A DNA stretch of 64,000 nucleotides from the NCBI GenBank assembly GCA_963836205.1, contig CAWIIV010000015.1, forward strand, positions 32,001-96,000, given 5' to 3'. Positions 46,916 to 56,215 of this stretch are shown here, one piece after another (the stretch's first letter is position 1; every line of letters starts with the position of its first letter). Position numbers and translations under genes: made by a program. A model generated the notes under the pieces. It did no database searches. It was not told where the DNA came from and worked only from the letters and a program-made list of their open reading frames with translations. This DNA is from an uncultured Acidimicrobiia bacterium. Lineage in GTDB: Bacteria > Actinomycetota > Acidimicrobiia > Acidimicrobiales > AC-14.

Positions 46916-47986
46916 CTAGCGCTTGTCCTTGCGCACGAAGGGCGGGGTGACCACCCGTCCCGGCAGGAGCTGGCCCCGGGCGTCGACCGTGACCTCCTCG
47001 CCCGGGCGGACGTGGGGGCGGAGGAAGGCGAGGGCGATGCCCCGGCCCAGGGTGGGCGAGAAGTTACCGCTGCTGACCTCGCCCAGGGGACCGTCGCGCC
47101 CGATCACGCCGTAGCCGGCCCGGGGCGGCTGGCGGCCCTCGACCTCGACGCCCATGAGCAGCCGGTCGACCCCCCGATTCCGTTCCGCCTCCAGCGCGTC
47201 GCGGCCCCGGAAGGCACCCTTCCCCCAGGCCACCACCCATCCCAGGTTGGCCTGCAGGGGAGTGATGCCCGGACCCAGCTCGTGGCCGTGGAGGGGCAGG
47301 CCCGCCTCCAGCCGCAGCGTGTCACGGGCGCCCAGGCCGGCGGGGAGGAGGCCGGCGTCGAGGAGGGCATCCCAGAAGGCGGGGGCGTCGGCGCTGGGGA
47401 TTGCCACCTCCACCCCGTCCTCCCCCGTGTAGCCGGTGCCGGCGGAGTAGGCGGCGACGCCCCGCCACGTGAACCGGCGCACGTGGAAGCGGCGGACGTC
47501 GGCCGCTTCGGGGGCGACGTCGGCCAGCCACCGCCGGGACTCCGGCCCCTGGATGGCGATGATCGCCCGGGACGCGGTCACGTCCTCGCCTCCCACCGCC
47601 TCCACCACCCGCTCGGTGTTGGACGCGTTGGGCATGACGTGGAACTCGTCGTCGTCGCTTCCACCACCGCGGACCCACCACACGATGATGTCGTCGACCA
47701 CCGACCCGTCGGCCTCGTCGAGGAGGTGGGTGTACTGGGCCCGGCCGGGGCCGATCCGCCCGAGGTCGTTGGTGAGGGTGCGCTGGAGACGGTCGTAGGC
47801 GTCGGGACCGGCCACCCGCACCGACCCGAGGTGGCTGACGTCGAACACCACCGCCCCCGTGCGGCAGGTGCGGTGCTCGGCCAGGGTCCCCGACGGGTAG
47901 GCGAGGGGCATCTCCCACCCTCCGAAGCCGACCATCTTGGCCCCCAGGTCACGATGGGACTGGTCGAGCGGTGACCGGCGGAGCAT
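46916..47986 (-). CDS. gcvT: Glycine cleavage aminomethyltransferase
   Basis: FGGWEMP, FDVSH, TGYTGEDG.E, GLGARDTLRLEAG. Confidence 0.95.
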   Translation of the reverse strand: MLRRSPLDQSHRDLGAKMVGFGGWEMPLAYPSGTLAEHRTCRTGAVVFDVSHLGSVRVAGPDAYDRLQRTLTNDLGRIGPGRAQYTHLLDEADGSVVDDIIVWWVRGGGSDDDEFHVMPNASNTERVVEAVGGEDVTASRAIIAIQGPESRRWLADVAPEAADVRRFHVRRFTWRGVAAYSAGTGYTGEDGVEVAIPSADAPAFWDALLDAGLLPAGLGARDTLRLEAGLPLHGHELGPGITPLQANLGWVVAWGKGAFRGRDALEAERNRGVDRLLMGVEVEGRQPPRAGYGVIGRDGPLGEVSSGNFSPTLGRGIALAFLRPHVRPGEEVTVDARGQLLPGRVVTPPFVRKDKR

Positions 47987-48050
47987 CGCCGGAGAGTAAT
48001 GCCGCCGGGCCGGTCCCCGTTCCCCCGACCGCCTGTCGGTACGATGCCCC

Positions 48051-49562
48051 GTGCATGTCCGGCGGCGAGCGGTGGTCGGGACGGTGCTGCTGGCGATGGC
48101 CACGGCCTGCTCCACGACCGATCCGGCGACCATGTCCCGGCTGGAGACGGCGCCCGTGACGACGGCGGTGGCGCCGTCGTTGTCCGAGGTCCTGACCCTC
48201 ACTGCCATCCCGGGAACGACCTCCACGACGGCCACGACCCTCGCCCCGACCACGACCACGACCGTCCCCCCGGCCACCGGGCTGCTCACGTTTCGCGGCA
48301 ACGCCACCCGCACCTTCTACGGGACGGGGCCCATCCCCCGGGCGCCGGCCGTGGCCTGGGAGTTCCCCGACCGCCGGATGTGCTCGTTCTCCACCGTGGG
48401 CCGGGAGACGACGGAGTGGTGCGGCAGCGGGTGGACGGGGCAGCCGGCGGTGCTCGAGCGGGGCGGCCGGACGTGGGTGATCTTCGGCGCCTACGACGGC
48501 GCCATCCACTTCGTCGACGCCGCCACCGGCGCCCGGATCCTCCCCGACTTCAAGACCGGCGACCTGGTCAAGGGGAGCGTGACCGTCGACCCCGACGGCT
48601 ACCCGCTGGTCTACATCGGCTCGCGCGACAACTCCTTCCGGGTGATCGCCATCGACCGGGTGGTGCCCACCGAGCTGTGGCGGCTCGACGCCGACGCCGT
48701 CTCCCCCACCCTGTGGAACGACGACTGGGACGGGTCGGGCCTGGTCGCCGACGGCTACCTGTTCGAGGGCGGCGAGAACGGCCAGTTCCACGCGGTGCAG
48801 CTCAACCGGTCCTACGGCGACGACGGGCGGGTGGCGGTGGCTCCCGTCCTCGCCTTCCACGCCCCCGGCTGGGACGACGAGCTGCTCGACGCCCTGCCCG
48901 ACTACAACGTGTCCATCGAGGGCTCGGTGGCCCTGGCCGGAGGCGTGGCCTGGCTCGCCAACTCGGGCGGGCTGGTGCAGGGCTGGGACGTCTCCGGCCT
49001 GGCCGCGGGCGCCGTCCCCGAGCGGGTCTTCCGGTACTGGATGGGCGACGACGTCGACGCCACCGTCGTGGTCGACGACGAGGGGATGCTCTACGTGGCC
49101 GCCGAGTGGGAGCGGCACACGGCCCGGGCCCGGGTGGTGGGCCAGGTGGTCAAGCTCGACCCGTCCCGGCCCGAGCCGCGGGTGTGGTCGGTCGACGACA
49201 ACATCGGCCAGGGCGTCGACGGGGTGGCCGGCGTGTGGGCCACGCCCGCCCTGTGGCGTGACCTGGTGATCGTGGCCACCAACGGCGGGCGCCTCCTGGG
49301 CATCGACCGGGCCACCGGCCGGGTGCGGTGGACCAAGGTCCTGCCCGACCCGGTGTGGCAGTCACCGGTCGTGGTCGACGGCGTCCTCGTCCAGGGCGAC
49401 TGCCACGGCGTCCTCCACGGCTACGACCTGTCCGACACCGCCGTCGACCCCCCCGAGCTGTGGACCGTCCAGCTCCCCGGCTGCATCGAGTCCACCCCCG
49501 CCGTCTGGAACGGCAGGATCTACGTCGGCACCCGCGAGGGCCACCTGTTCGCCATCGCCTGA
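48051..49562 (+). CDS. PQQ-like beta-propeller lipoprotein
   Basis: Lipobox ATAC; TFRGN, GWTGQP, repeated propeller Trp motifs. Confidence 0.8.
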   Translation: MHVRRRAVVGTVLLAMATACSTTDPATMSRLETAPVTTAVAPSLSEVLTLTAIPGTTSTTATTLAPTTTTTVPPATGLLTFRGNATRTFYGTGPIPRAPAVAWEFPDRRMCSFSTVGRETTEWCGSGWTGQPAVLERGGRTWVIFGAYDGAIHFVDAATGARILPDFKTGDLVKGSVTVDPDGYPLVYIGSRDNSFRVIAIDRVVPTELWRLDADAVSPTLWNDDWDGSGLVADGYLFEGGENGQFHAVQLNRSYGDDGRVAVAPVLAFHAPGWDDELLDALPDYNVSIEGSVALAGGVAWLANSGGLVQGWDVSGLAAGAVPERVFRYWMGDDVDATVVVDDEGMLYVAAEWERHTARARVVGQVVKLDPSRPEPRVWSVDDNIGQGVDGVAGVWATPALWRDLVIVATNGGRLLGIDRATGRVRWTKVLPDPVWQSPVVVDGVLVQGDCHGVLHGYDLSDTAVDPPELWTVQLPGCIESTPAVWNGRIYVGTREGHLFAIA

Positions 49563-49568
49563 CCGCCG

Positions 49569-49680
49569 CAACTGGTGACAGATCCGGTTGCCCTGGCCAC
49601 CAAATGCGTCACCAGTTCGTCCACCCCACCCAACCGGTGACACATCCGGTTGCCCCGGCCACCAAATGCGTCACCGGTTC
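49569..49680. repeat. Palindromic intergenic repeat, tandem copies 3 and 4
   Basis: 49569-49618 and 49631-49680; between convergent genes. Confidence 0.8.
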
Positions 49681-49691
49681 GGTGGGGGGCC

Positions 49692-50975
49692 TCACGTGAC
49701 GTACGGCACCGGGTTCACGGGGACGCCGTCGATGCGGACCTCGAAGTGCAGGTGGGGGCCGGTGCAGGTGCCGGTGCAGCCCACCCGGCCGATCACCTGG
49801 CCCCGGCTCACCCGTTCGCCCGCCGACACCGCCAGCTGGCTCTGGTGGCCGTAGAGGGTCGCGATCCCCCCGCCGTGGTCGATGATGGTGGCGTTCCCGT
49901 AGCCACCGAGCCAGCCCGCGCTCACCACCACCCCGTCGTCGGCCGCGTGGATGGCGTCGCCCGACTCGCCCCCGATGTCGACCCCCGTGTGGATGCGCAC
50001 GTTGCCGAAGACGGGGTGCACCCGGGGACCGAACGGCGAGCCGAAGGAGGCGCCCGGGTAGGGATCGGCCAGCTGACCGCCGCCGGCCGCGGCCGACGCC
50101 TCCGACGCGGTCGACGCCGCGTCGAGGCCCCGCCGGGCCCGGAGCGCCTCGGTGACGGCTTCGGACTGCGCCGCCAGGTCGGCCAGCTCGGTGTCGAACT
50201 CGGCCTTGTGGGCGTGGGCCTCCTCGAACAGCCGGTCGCGCTCCGCCACCTGGGCCTCGGCCTCGGCCAGCAGCCCCACGCTCACCCGCTGGCCGTCGGC
50301 CAGGCCGGCGGCGTCGGCGTCCGCCCCCGACTGCTTCTTGTTCATCTCCCGCCGCACCCCGTCGAGCTCCTCCAGCAGGTCGGCCTGCTCGTCCCGCAGC
50401 CGCTCCTCCTCGGCGAGGGTCTCGGCCTGGCTGCTGCCCAGGAAGTGGACGTAGGACCGGCGGGCGGCGAGGGCGCCGATGTCGTCGGCGAAGAGCAGCG
50501 ACGAGGCGTAACCCAGCGCGCTCGACCGCCCGGTGTAGGCGTCGATCGCCAGCTGCCGGCGGTGGGCCCGGGCCTCGTCGAGCTGGCGGACGGCGGCGTC
50601 GAGCTTGTGCTGGATGGTCCACTGCCGGGCCTGGAGGGCACCCAGGTGGTCCTGGGCCGCGTTGAGCTCGCTCTGGAGCTCCTCCACCTCCTCGTTGACG
50701 CCGGCCGCCTCCGACTCGATCTCCTTGCGGCGGGCCTCGGCCGCCTCGATCAGCTCCAGCAGGCGGGCCTCGCTGGCCGAGGCCAGGTCGCCGGCGCCGG
50801 ACGTGATGTCCGTCGCCTGGCGACCGGCCCCGGCGCCGGCCACAGCCCCCGCGGGGGTCCCCCCGGTCGCACCCGTGAGGCTGAGGCAGGCCAGGAGGAG
50901 CAGGACGCCTGTGCGTCGCGCCCCATGTCCCGCGGCCCCGCCAGCCACAGAAGGAACACCAGCCACACCAGCCAC
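49692..50975 (-). CDS. M23 peptidase with coiled coil (EnvC/murein hydrolase-like)
   Basis: HTGVD, YGH, TGPHLHFEV; start uncertain. Confidence 0.88.
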   Translation of the reverse strand: MAGVAGVPSVAGGAAGHGARRTGVLLLLACLSLTGATGGTPAGAVAGAGAGRQATDITSGAGDLASASEARLLELIEAAEARRKEIESEAAGVNEEVEELQSELNAAQDHLGALQARQWTIQHKLDAAVRQLDEARAHRRQLAIDAYTGRSSALGYASSLLFADDIGALAARRSYVHFLGSSQAETLAEEERLRDEQADLLEELDGVRREMNKKQSGADADAAGLADGQRVSVGLLAEAEAQVAERDRLFEEAHAHKAEFDTELADLAAQSEAVTEALRARRGLDAASTASEASAAAGGGQLADPYPGASFGSPFGPRVHPVFGNVRIHTGVDIGGESGDAIHAADDGVVVSAGWLGGYGNATIIDHGGGIATLYGHQSQLAVSAGERVSRGQVIGRVGCTGTCTGPHLHFEVRIDGVPVNPVPYVT

Positions 50976-50987
50976 AGTATGCGGGCG

Positions 50988-51028
50988 TTATCCACAGGGA
51001 CAACTCCGTCGTCCACAGTGTGCCCACA
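50988..51028. promoter_or_regulatory. DnaA-box-like cluster upstream of M23 gene
   Basis: TTATCCACA 50988-50996, TCGTCCACA 51009-51017, GTGCCCACA 51020-51028. Confidence 0.5.
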
Positions 51029-51034
51029 GAGGTT

Positions 51035-51805
51035 CTACCGGAGGGCGGCCAGCACCTCGTCGTGGAGCAAACCGTTGGTGGACACCGCGCTGCCGCCGTC
51101 GGCCCGAGCCTCGCCCTCCAGGTTGGTGAAGCGGCCGCCGGCCTCCTCCACGATCACCTGGATGGGGGCCACGTCCCACAGCGACACCTCGGGCTCGGCC
51201 GCGATGTCGACCGCCCCCTCCGCCACCAGCACGTGCGACCAGAAGTCGCCCAGGCCCCGGCTCCGCCAGCAGCGGCGGGCCAGGTGCAGCAGCCGCCCGT
51301 CCTTGGGGGAGTCGTCGAACCGCTCCAGCCCGTCGTAGGAGATGAAGGCGTCCTCCACCGCCGCCACCTTCGACACTTGGATGCGGCGGCCGTCGGCCCA
51401 CGCCCCCTCGCCCCGACCGGCCCACCACCGCCGGCCCAACGCCGGCGCGGAGACCACGCCCACCACCATCCGCCCGTCCCGCTGGAGGGCGATGAGGGTG
51501 GCCCACACGGGCACGCCCCGCACGTAGTTCTTGGTGCCGTCGATGGGGTCGACGATCCACCGGGCCGACGCCCCCGAGGCACATACGTCCTCCCCCCGCT
51601 CCTCCCCGAGGACGGCCTGGCCGGGGCGGGCGACGCCCAGTTTGCGGCGCAGGGCGTCCTCCACCGCGTGGTCGACCTCGGTGACGGGCGTGAGGTCGGG
51701 CTTGGTCGCCACCAGCAGGTCGAGGGCGCGGAAGCGGGCCATGCTGATCCCGTCGGCGATGTCGGCCAGCTCGAGGGCGAGGGTGAGGTCGGCTCCGAAC
51801 GTCAC
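51035..51805 (-). CDS. hisN: Histidinol-phosphatase (inositol monophosphatase family)
   Basis: KPDLTPVT, GEE, WIVDPIDGTKNYVRGVPVWATLIAL, GDFW, WD. Confidence 0.88.
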   Translation of the reverse strand: MTFGADLTLALELADIADGISMARFRALDLLVATKPDLTPVTEVDHAVEDALRRKLGVARPGQAVLGEERGEDVCASGASARWIVDPIDGTKNYVRGVPVWATLIALQRDGRMVVGVVSAPALGRRWWAGRGEGAWADGRRIQVSKVAAVEDAFISYDGLERFDDSPKDGRLLHLARRCWRSRGLGDFWSHVLVAEGAVDIAAEPEVSLWDVAPIQVIVEEAGGRFTNLEGEARADGGSAVSTNGLLHDEVLAALR

Positions 51806-52347
51806 GCCGGCTTGCGACCACGGTGGCCGGGGCCGCGGCCTTCGCCTCCGAAACCCGGCGTGTGCTCCGGGTCTTCGAAGCGCAGCGGGAGGGGCTCGAC
51901 CGACTCGTCGGCGGAGACGTCCTGCGACGGGGGCTCGAGCCCGTACTTCACCAGCAGGGCCAGGTAGTCACGCTGGTAGAACACCGTGATCCGCACGTCG
52001 GGGTACAGCTCCCGCAGGCGGCGGGCCTTGCGGTTCTTCTTGGTGACCAGGTTCTGGTTCATGGTGGTGATCTCGATGAACAGGTCGTACGCCGGCAGGT
52101 AGAAGTCGGGCGTGAAGGCCTGGGTGGGCTTGCCCTCGCGGTCGGTCTCGAGGACGAAGCACCGGGGCTCGTAGTCCCACACGATCCCGTAGAAGTCGAG
52201 GAGCTTGGCGAACTGGAGCTCGGAGTTGTGGGCGAAGCGGGTGACCGTGTGGGGCAACGGCGGCCCCGAGCGACCGTCGATCGGAGACGGTGTGCGATCA
52301 GGCTGGTCGGGCTGGTCGGGCGGGCCGGGCTGGTCGCCCGCCACCAC
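51802..52347 (-). CDS. PD-(D/E)xK-like hypothetical protein
   Basis: WDYEP..FTPDFYLP..FIEITT; GTGA-coupled to hisN. Confidence 0.65.
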   Translation of the reverse strand: MVAGDQPGPPDQPDQPDRTPSPIDGRSGPPLPHTVTRFAHNSELQFAKLLDFYGIVWDYEPRCFVLETDREGKPTQAFTPDFYLPAYDLFIEITTMNQNLVTKKNRKARRLRELYPDVRITVFYQRDYLALLVKYGLEPPSQDVSADESVEPLPLRFEDPEHTPGFGGEGRGPGHRGRKPA

Positions 52348-52375
52348 CCCGAAGTCGCCCCCTGCGGCCAGGGCC

Positions 52376-52870
52376 CTATCCCCCTCCGCCGCCGGCCTTG
52401 GCCGACGCCGCCGGGTGGGCCGCCTGGGACTGCGACACTGTCGGCCCGGCGAGGGGGATGTCGGTGATGGCGGCGTCGAGCGCCTCCTTGACCCCGCTCA
52501 GGGCGACGATGCTGAGCACGCCCTGGCCCCGGCGGACGAGGTCGACCAGCTCGCCGTCGGTGCGGACCAGCACCGATCCCGACCCGTCGGTGACGAGCGT
52601 GGCGGAGGCGATGTCGTCGCCGAGGGTGGTGCGGAGGTACTCCACCGCCCGGCGGGCGGTCTGGAGGGCGACACCGGCGTCGAGCAGGCCCTTGATGACC
52701 TTCAGCTCCACCAGGTCGCGGTAGGAGTAGCGCCGCTGGGTGCCACTGCCCTTAGCGTCGGCGATCGACGGGCGGATCAGATCGGTGCGAGCCCAGTAGT
52801 CGAGCTGGCGGTACGTGATCCCCACGATCTTGCAGACCTGCGGCCCCCGGAATCCCTGGTCCTCCGCCAT
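52376..52870 (-). CDS. MerR family regulator
   Basis: GITYRQLDYWARTDL..GSGTQRRYS; GGAGG RBS. Confidence 0.9.
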   Translation of the reverse strand: MAEDQGFRGPQVCKIVGITYRQLDYWARTDLIRPSIADAKGSGTQRRYSYRDLVELKVIKGLLDAGVALQTARRAVEYLRTTLGDDIASATLVTDGSGSVLVRTDGELVDLVRRGQGVLSIVALSGVKEALDAAITDIPLAGPTVSQSQAAHPAASAKAGGGGG

Positions 52871-52997
52871 CTGCACCTCCCTCTCACTCGTCGCCCACGA
52901 CCGCGTACGCACCCGTGTAGTTACGCCAGTGTGAGAACGGTAGCGCGCTCGCACCCCGCAATGCGCGATGAGCGTCCGAGCGGCGGGAGACCGGCGC

Positions 52998-53483
52998 CTA
53001 CGAGGCGAAATCCTCCGGGTTCACACCTTCGAGGAACTCGCGGAACTTCTCGACCTCGACCTCCTGGTCGTCGTCCTCGTCGCTGACGGTGACGCCCGCC
53101 TCCTCCAATACCGACTCCTGGGCGAAGATCGGCGTGCCCAGGCGGGCGGCGAGGGCGATGGCGTCGGACGGACGGCTCGACACCTTGGTGCCGGCGCCGG
53201 AGGCGGTGAGCTCGATCTCGGCGTAGAACGTGCGGTCGCGCAGCTCGGTGATGACCACCCGCTCCACCGCGATGCCGAGCGAAACCAGCAGGTCACGCAT
53301 GAGGTCGTGGGTCATCGGCCGCGGCGTCTCCACCCCCTGGAGGGCGAAGGCGATGGCCGTGGCCTCGACCGCCCCGATGAAGATGGGCAGCACGCGATGC
53401 TCGCCGTCGGCCTCCCGCAGGAGGACGATCGGGCTGTTGGTAGGCATCTCCACGCGGACCCCGACCAGATGCATCTCGACCAC
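52998..53483 (-). CDS. Bifunctional nuclease family protein (DUF151)
   Basis: LPIFIG..EA.AI, RPMTHDL, SRPSDAIALA. Confidence 0.92.
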   Translation of the reverse strand: MVEMHLVGVRVEMPTNSPIVLLREADGEHRVLPIFIGAVEATAIAFALQGVETPRPMTHDLMRDLLVSLGIAVERVVITELRDRTFYAEIELTASGAGTKVSSRPSDAIALAARLGTPIFAQESVLEEAGVTVSDEDDDQEVEVEKFREFLEGVNPEDFAS

Positions 53484-53505
53484 GGTCCGACCTTACCGCC
53501 TTCCC

Positions 53506-54115
53506 TCAGAGACCGCCGTCCTCAGCGACCGCCGATACCTCAGGGCCCGCCGTCCCGCGACGGGGATACAGCGCGGGAACGTAGGCGTCGGCGTCGGCCT
53601 TCAGCGTCCGGAGGTCGGCGGCCAGGACCTGGTCGAGGTCGCGGTAGCGCTGGGCGAAGTCGAGCCCGTAGCCGATGACGAACTCGTCGCCGATCTCGAA
53701 GGCCCGGTACTCGATGGGCGTGGGGACGATCCGGCGGGCGGCCTTGTCGAGCAGGGCGCAGGCGCGGATCGACCGGGGATTGCGGCCGGCCAGCTCCCGG
53801 CGCAGCCAGGTGAGGGTGAGCCCGGTGTCGACGATGTCCTCCACCACGATGACGTCGCGGTCGAGGATGTCGAGCTCGATGTCCTTCACGATCCGGACCC
53901 GGCCGGTGTCGGGGGCGTAGCTCGACAGGGCCATGAAGTCGACCACCGGGCTGACGGTGAGCTGGCGGATGAGGTCGGCGAGGAAGGGGACGCTGCCCTT
54001 GAGCAGGCCGATCAGCACCACCCCGTCGTCGGAGGACGCCGAGATCTCGGCCGCCACCCGGGCCACGCCTGCGGCCAGCTCGGCCGGCGGGATAAGGACC
54101 CGCGGGGCTGCGCAC
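53506..54115 (-). CDS. hpt: Hypoxanthine phosphoribosyltransferase (probable 1-nt indel near start)
   Basis: LLKGS..F, VEDIVDTGLT, LLDK, FVIGYGLD; VLI..EL N-terminus lies upstream of first in-frame GTG. Confidence 0.85.
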
Positions 54116-54147
54116 GCGCCGCCCGCGCTCTGGGGCCCGGGCGTGGG

Positions 54148-55080
54148 CTAGCCCTCGAAGTAGTGGCGCAGCAGCTGGCGGAGCATGGCTGCCCGCAGCC
54201 CCTGCCCCAGCTGGGTGAGCTCGGCCAGCGCCTCCGTGGCCTGCTTGCGGGCCTGGGGGTTGCGCTGCTTGAGCATCGGCATGACCACCTGCTCGAAGAA
54301 GCCCGCCTCCCGCTCCCCCGCCGTCTTGTACATCCGCAGGTGGCGGGCCTCGACGCCGTACTTCATGAACCCGGCCGCCAGCTGGGCCACGTTGAGGGCG
54401 TCCTCGTCGTAGTAGGTGGCCGACGCCACCTTGCGCCCCGACAGCAGGCCGAACTTCTCCAGCTCCTTGAGCAGCTCGTCGTCGAGGCCGGTGGCGGCGC
54501 TCAGCTCGGAGAGGGTGAGGCTCACGCCGGCCGGTTCGATCCGCAGCGGCGGCAGGTCGAGGTAGCCACCGGACCCGGGGAACGACGAGCCGCCGACCGT
54601 GGTGACCGGCGACGGTGCCGCGCCCGAGGTGCCGACGGTGGCGGGTGCGGACACCGGGGCCGCGGCCGGCACCGACCCGTACGAGCCCCCTGCCACCGGC
54701 ATCGGGACCGAAGGCATGGTGTCGGTGCTCTCCGCCGGTTGGGCGACCTGGGCGACCTGGGCGACCTGGGCGTCGGCCGAGCCGTCGACGGTGGCCACCG
54801 AGCCCTCCTCGCCCGGGTCCTCGCCGCCCCCCTCCTGGCCGCCTCGCAGCCGGCCCTTGATGACCTTCAGGGGCAGGAAGTGCTCCCGCTGCTGGCGGAG
54901 GATCCACCGCAGCCGCTCCACGTCGGTTTCGTAGAACTTGCGGTAGCCGGACGGGGTGCGCTCGGGGTCGAGCAGGCCCTGGCTCTCCAGGAACCTGATC
55001 TTGGAGATGGTGACGTCGGGGAACTCCTCCTTGAGCAGCGACAGGACTTCGCCGATCGACAGGTACGCCCGGTCCTCCAC
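54148..55080 (-). CDS. MerR family regulator (FtsR-like)
   Basis: SIGEVL..EFPDVTISKIRFLE..RTPSGYRKF. Confidence 0.9.
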   Translation of the reverse strand: MEDRAYLSIGEVLSLLKEEFPDVTISKIRFLESQGLLDPERTPSGYRKFYETDVERLRWILRQQREHFLPLKVIKGRLRGGQEGGGEDPGEEGSVATVDGSADAQVAQVAQVAQPAESTDTMPSVPMPVAGGSYGSVPAAAPVSAPATVGTSGAAPSPVTTVGGSSFPGSGGYLDLPPLRIEPAGVSLTLSELSAATGLDDELLKELEKFGLLSGRKVASATYYDEDALNVAQLAAGFMKYGVEARHLRMYKTAGEREAGFFEQVVMPMLKQRNPQARKQATEALAELTQLGQGLRAAMLRQLLRHYFEG

Positions 55081-55086
55081 GCTCTG

Positions 55087-55566
55087 CTACCCCTCTGCCT
55101 GAGTGCCGCCGGCAAAGAACACCAGGCGGTATTTCCCGATCTGCAGCTCGTCGCCGTTGGCCATGGGCGCCTCGTCGATCCGCTCCCGGTTGAGATAGGT
55201 GCCGTTCAGCGAGCCGGCGTCGCGCACCGTGTATCCCTCCCCCTGGCGCACGATCTCGGCGTGACGGCGGGAGACGGTGATGTCGTCGAGGAAGATGTCG
55301 CTGTTGGGATGGCGGCCGGCGCGGGTGACGTCGGCGTCGAGGGCGTACTTGGAGCCTGCGTTCGGCCCCCGCTTGACGACCAGCATCGCCGTCCCCTCGG
55401 ACAGGTCGAGGCTGACCGAGAGCTCGTCCTCGGTCTCACCCGCCGACTCCACCGGGAGGAAGGTGATGGTGGTGTCGTCGGCCCGCTCCGGCTCGAGCAG
55501 GGCCCCACACGACGAGCAGAAGTTGGCGTCGTCGGTATTGAGGTGTCCGCACTGGTTGCAAAACAC
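55087..55566 (-). CDS. Zinc-ribbon FHA domain protein (GarA/OdhI-like)
   Basis: CNQC..CSSC; DTT site; GRHP.SDIFLDDITVSRRH, SLNGTY. Confidence 0.9.
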   Translation of the reverse strand: MFCNQCGHLNTDDANFCSSCGALLEPERADDTTITFLPVESAGETEDELSVSLDLSEGTAMLVVKRGPNAGSKYALDADVTRAGRHPNSDIFLDDITVSRRHAEIVRQGEGYTVRDAGSLNGTYLNRERIDEAPMANGDELQIGKYRLVFFAGGTQAEG

Positions 55567-55663
55567 GATGCCCAACGCTAGTGCCCAGCCCGCTCCCTGG
55601 CGATGACCCGTCCACCCGGCCCTCACTCGGCCGTCGTTCAGGCGGCCCTCGCCCGGCGCGGCG

Positions 55664-56044
55664 TCACTCGGAGATGAGGGCCTGGTAGGCGGCGGCGTCG
55701 AGGAGGCCGTCGTAGGACGTGGTGTCGTCCGGCTCCAGGATGCAGATCCAGCCCGCCCCGTAGGGGTCGTCGTTGAGCCGGCCGGGGACGTCGACCAGGT
55801 CGGAGTTGACCTCCACCACCATTCCCCGCACGGGCGCGTAGACGTCGGACACCGACTTGGTCGACTCCACCTCGCTCAGCGGGTGGTCGGCCTCGAAGAT
55901 GGCGCCGACGTCGGGTAGCTGCACGAACACCACGTCGCCCAGGGCGTCCTGGGCGTAGTCGGTGATCCCCACCCGGAGCCGGGTGCCCTCGGCCAGGGCC
56001 CATTCGTGGTCGGCGGTGTACCGGCGGTCGTCGGGGACGTTCAT
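55664..56044 (-). CDS. gcvH: Glycine cleavage system H protein
   Basis: HEW, GITDYAQDALGD, VESTKSVSD lipoyl-Lys. Confidence 0.95.
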   Translation of the reverse strand: MNVPDDRRYTADHEWALAEGTRLRVGITDYAQDALGDVVFVQLPDVGAIFEADHPLSEVESTKSVSDVYAPVRGMVVEVNSDLVDVPGRLNDDPYGAGWICILEPDDTTSYDGLLDAAAYQALISE

Positions 56045-56215
56045 CCTCGAAACGTACCGGACGGGACCGGCCGACTGTGCCCGTCCCGTCGAAGCCCTCA
56101 TGACCGGCGTCCTCGCCTCGGCCATCGACCTCGACCTCGATCGTGTCATCGATGTATCTCGCACGCCCGCTCGGGTCTCAGTGGGGCAACTGCCGCACTA
56201 CACGAGGAGAGCGCC

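Noticed and set aside
47987-48050. Glycine riboswitch upstream of gcvT
   Set aside because: The gap is only 64 nt and holds divergent leaderless-type promoters
49569-49680. CRISPR mini-array from tandem palindromes
   Set aside because: Only two units, 12-nt gaps and dispersed intergenic copies fit REP-like elements
54739-54770. 9-bp repeat in MerR gene as phase-variation tract
   Set aside because: An in-frame AQV repeat in a low-complexity linker would not shift the frame
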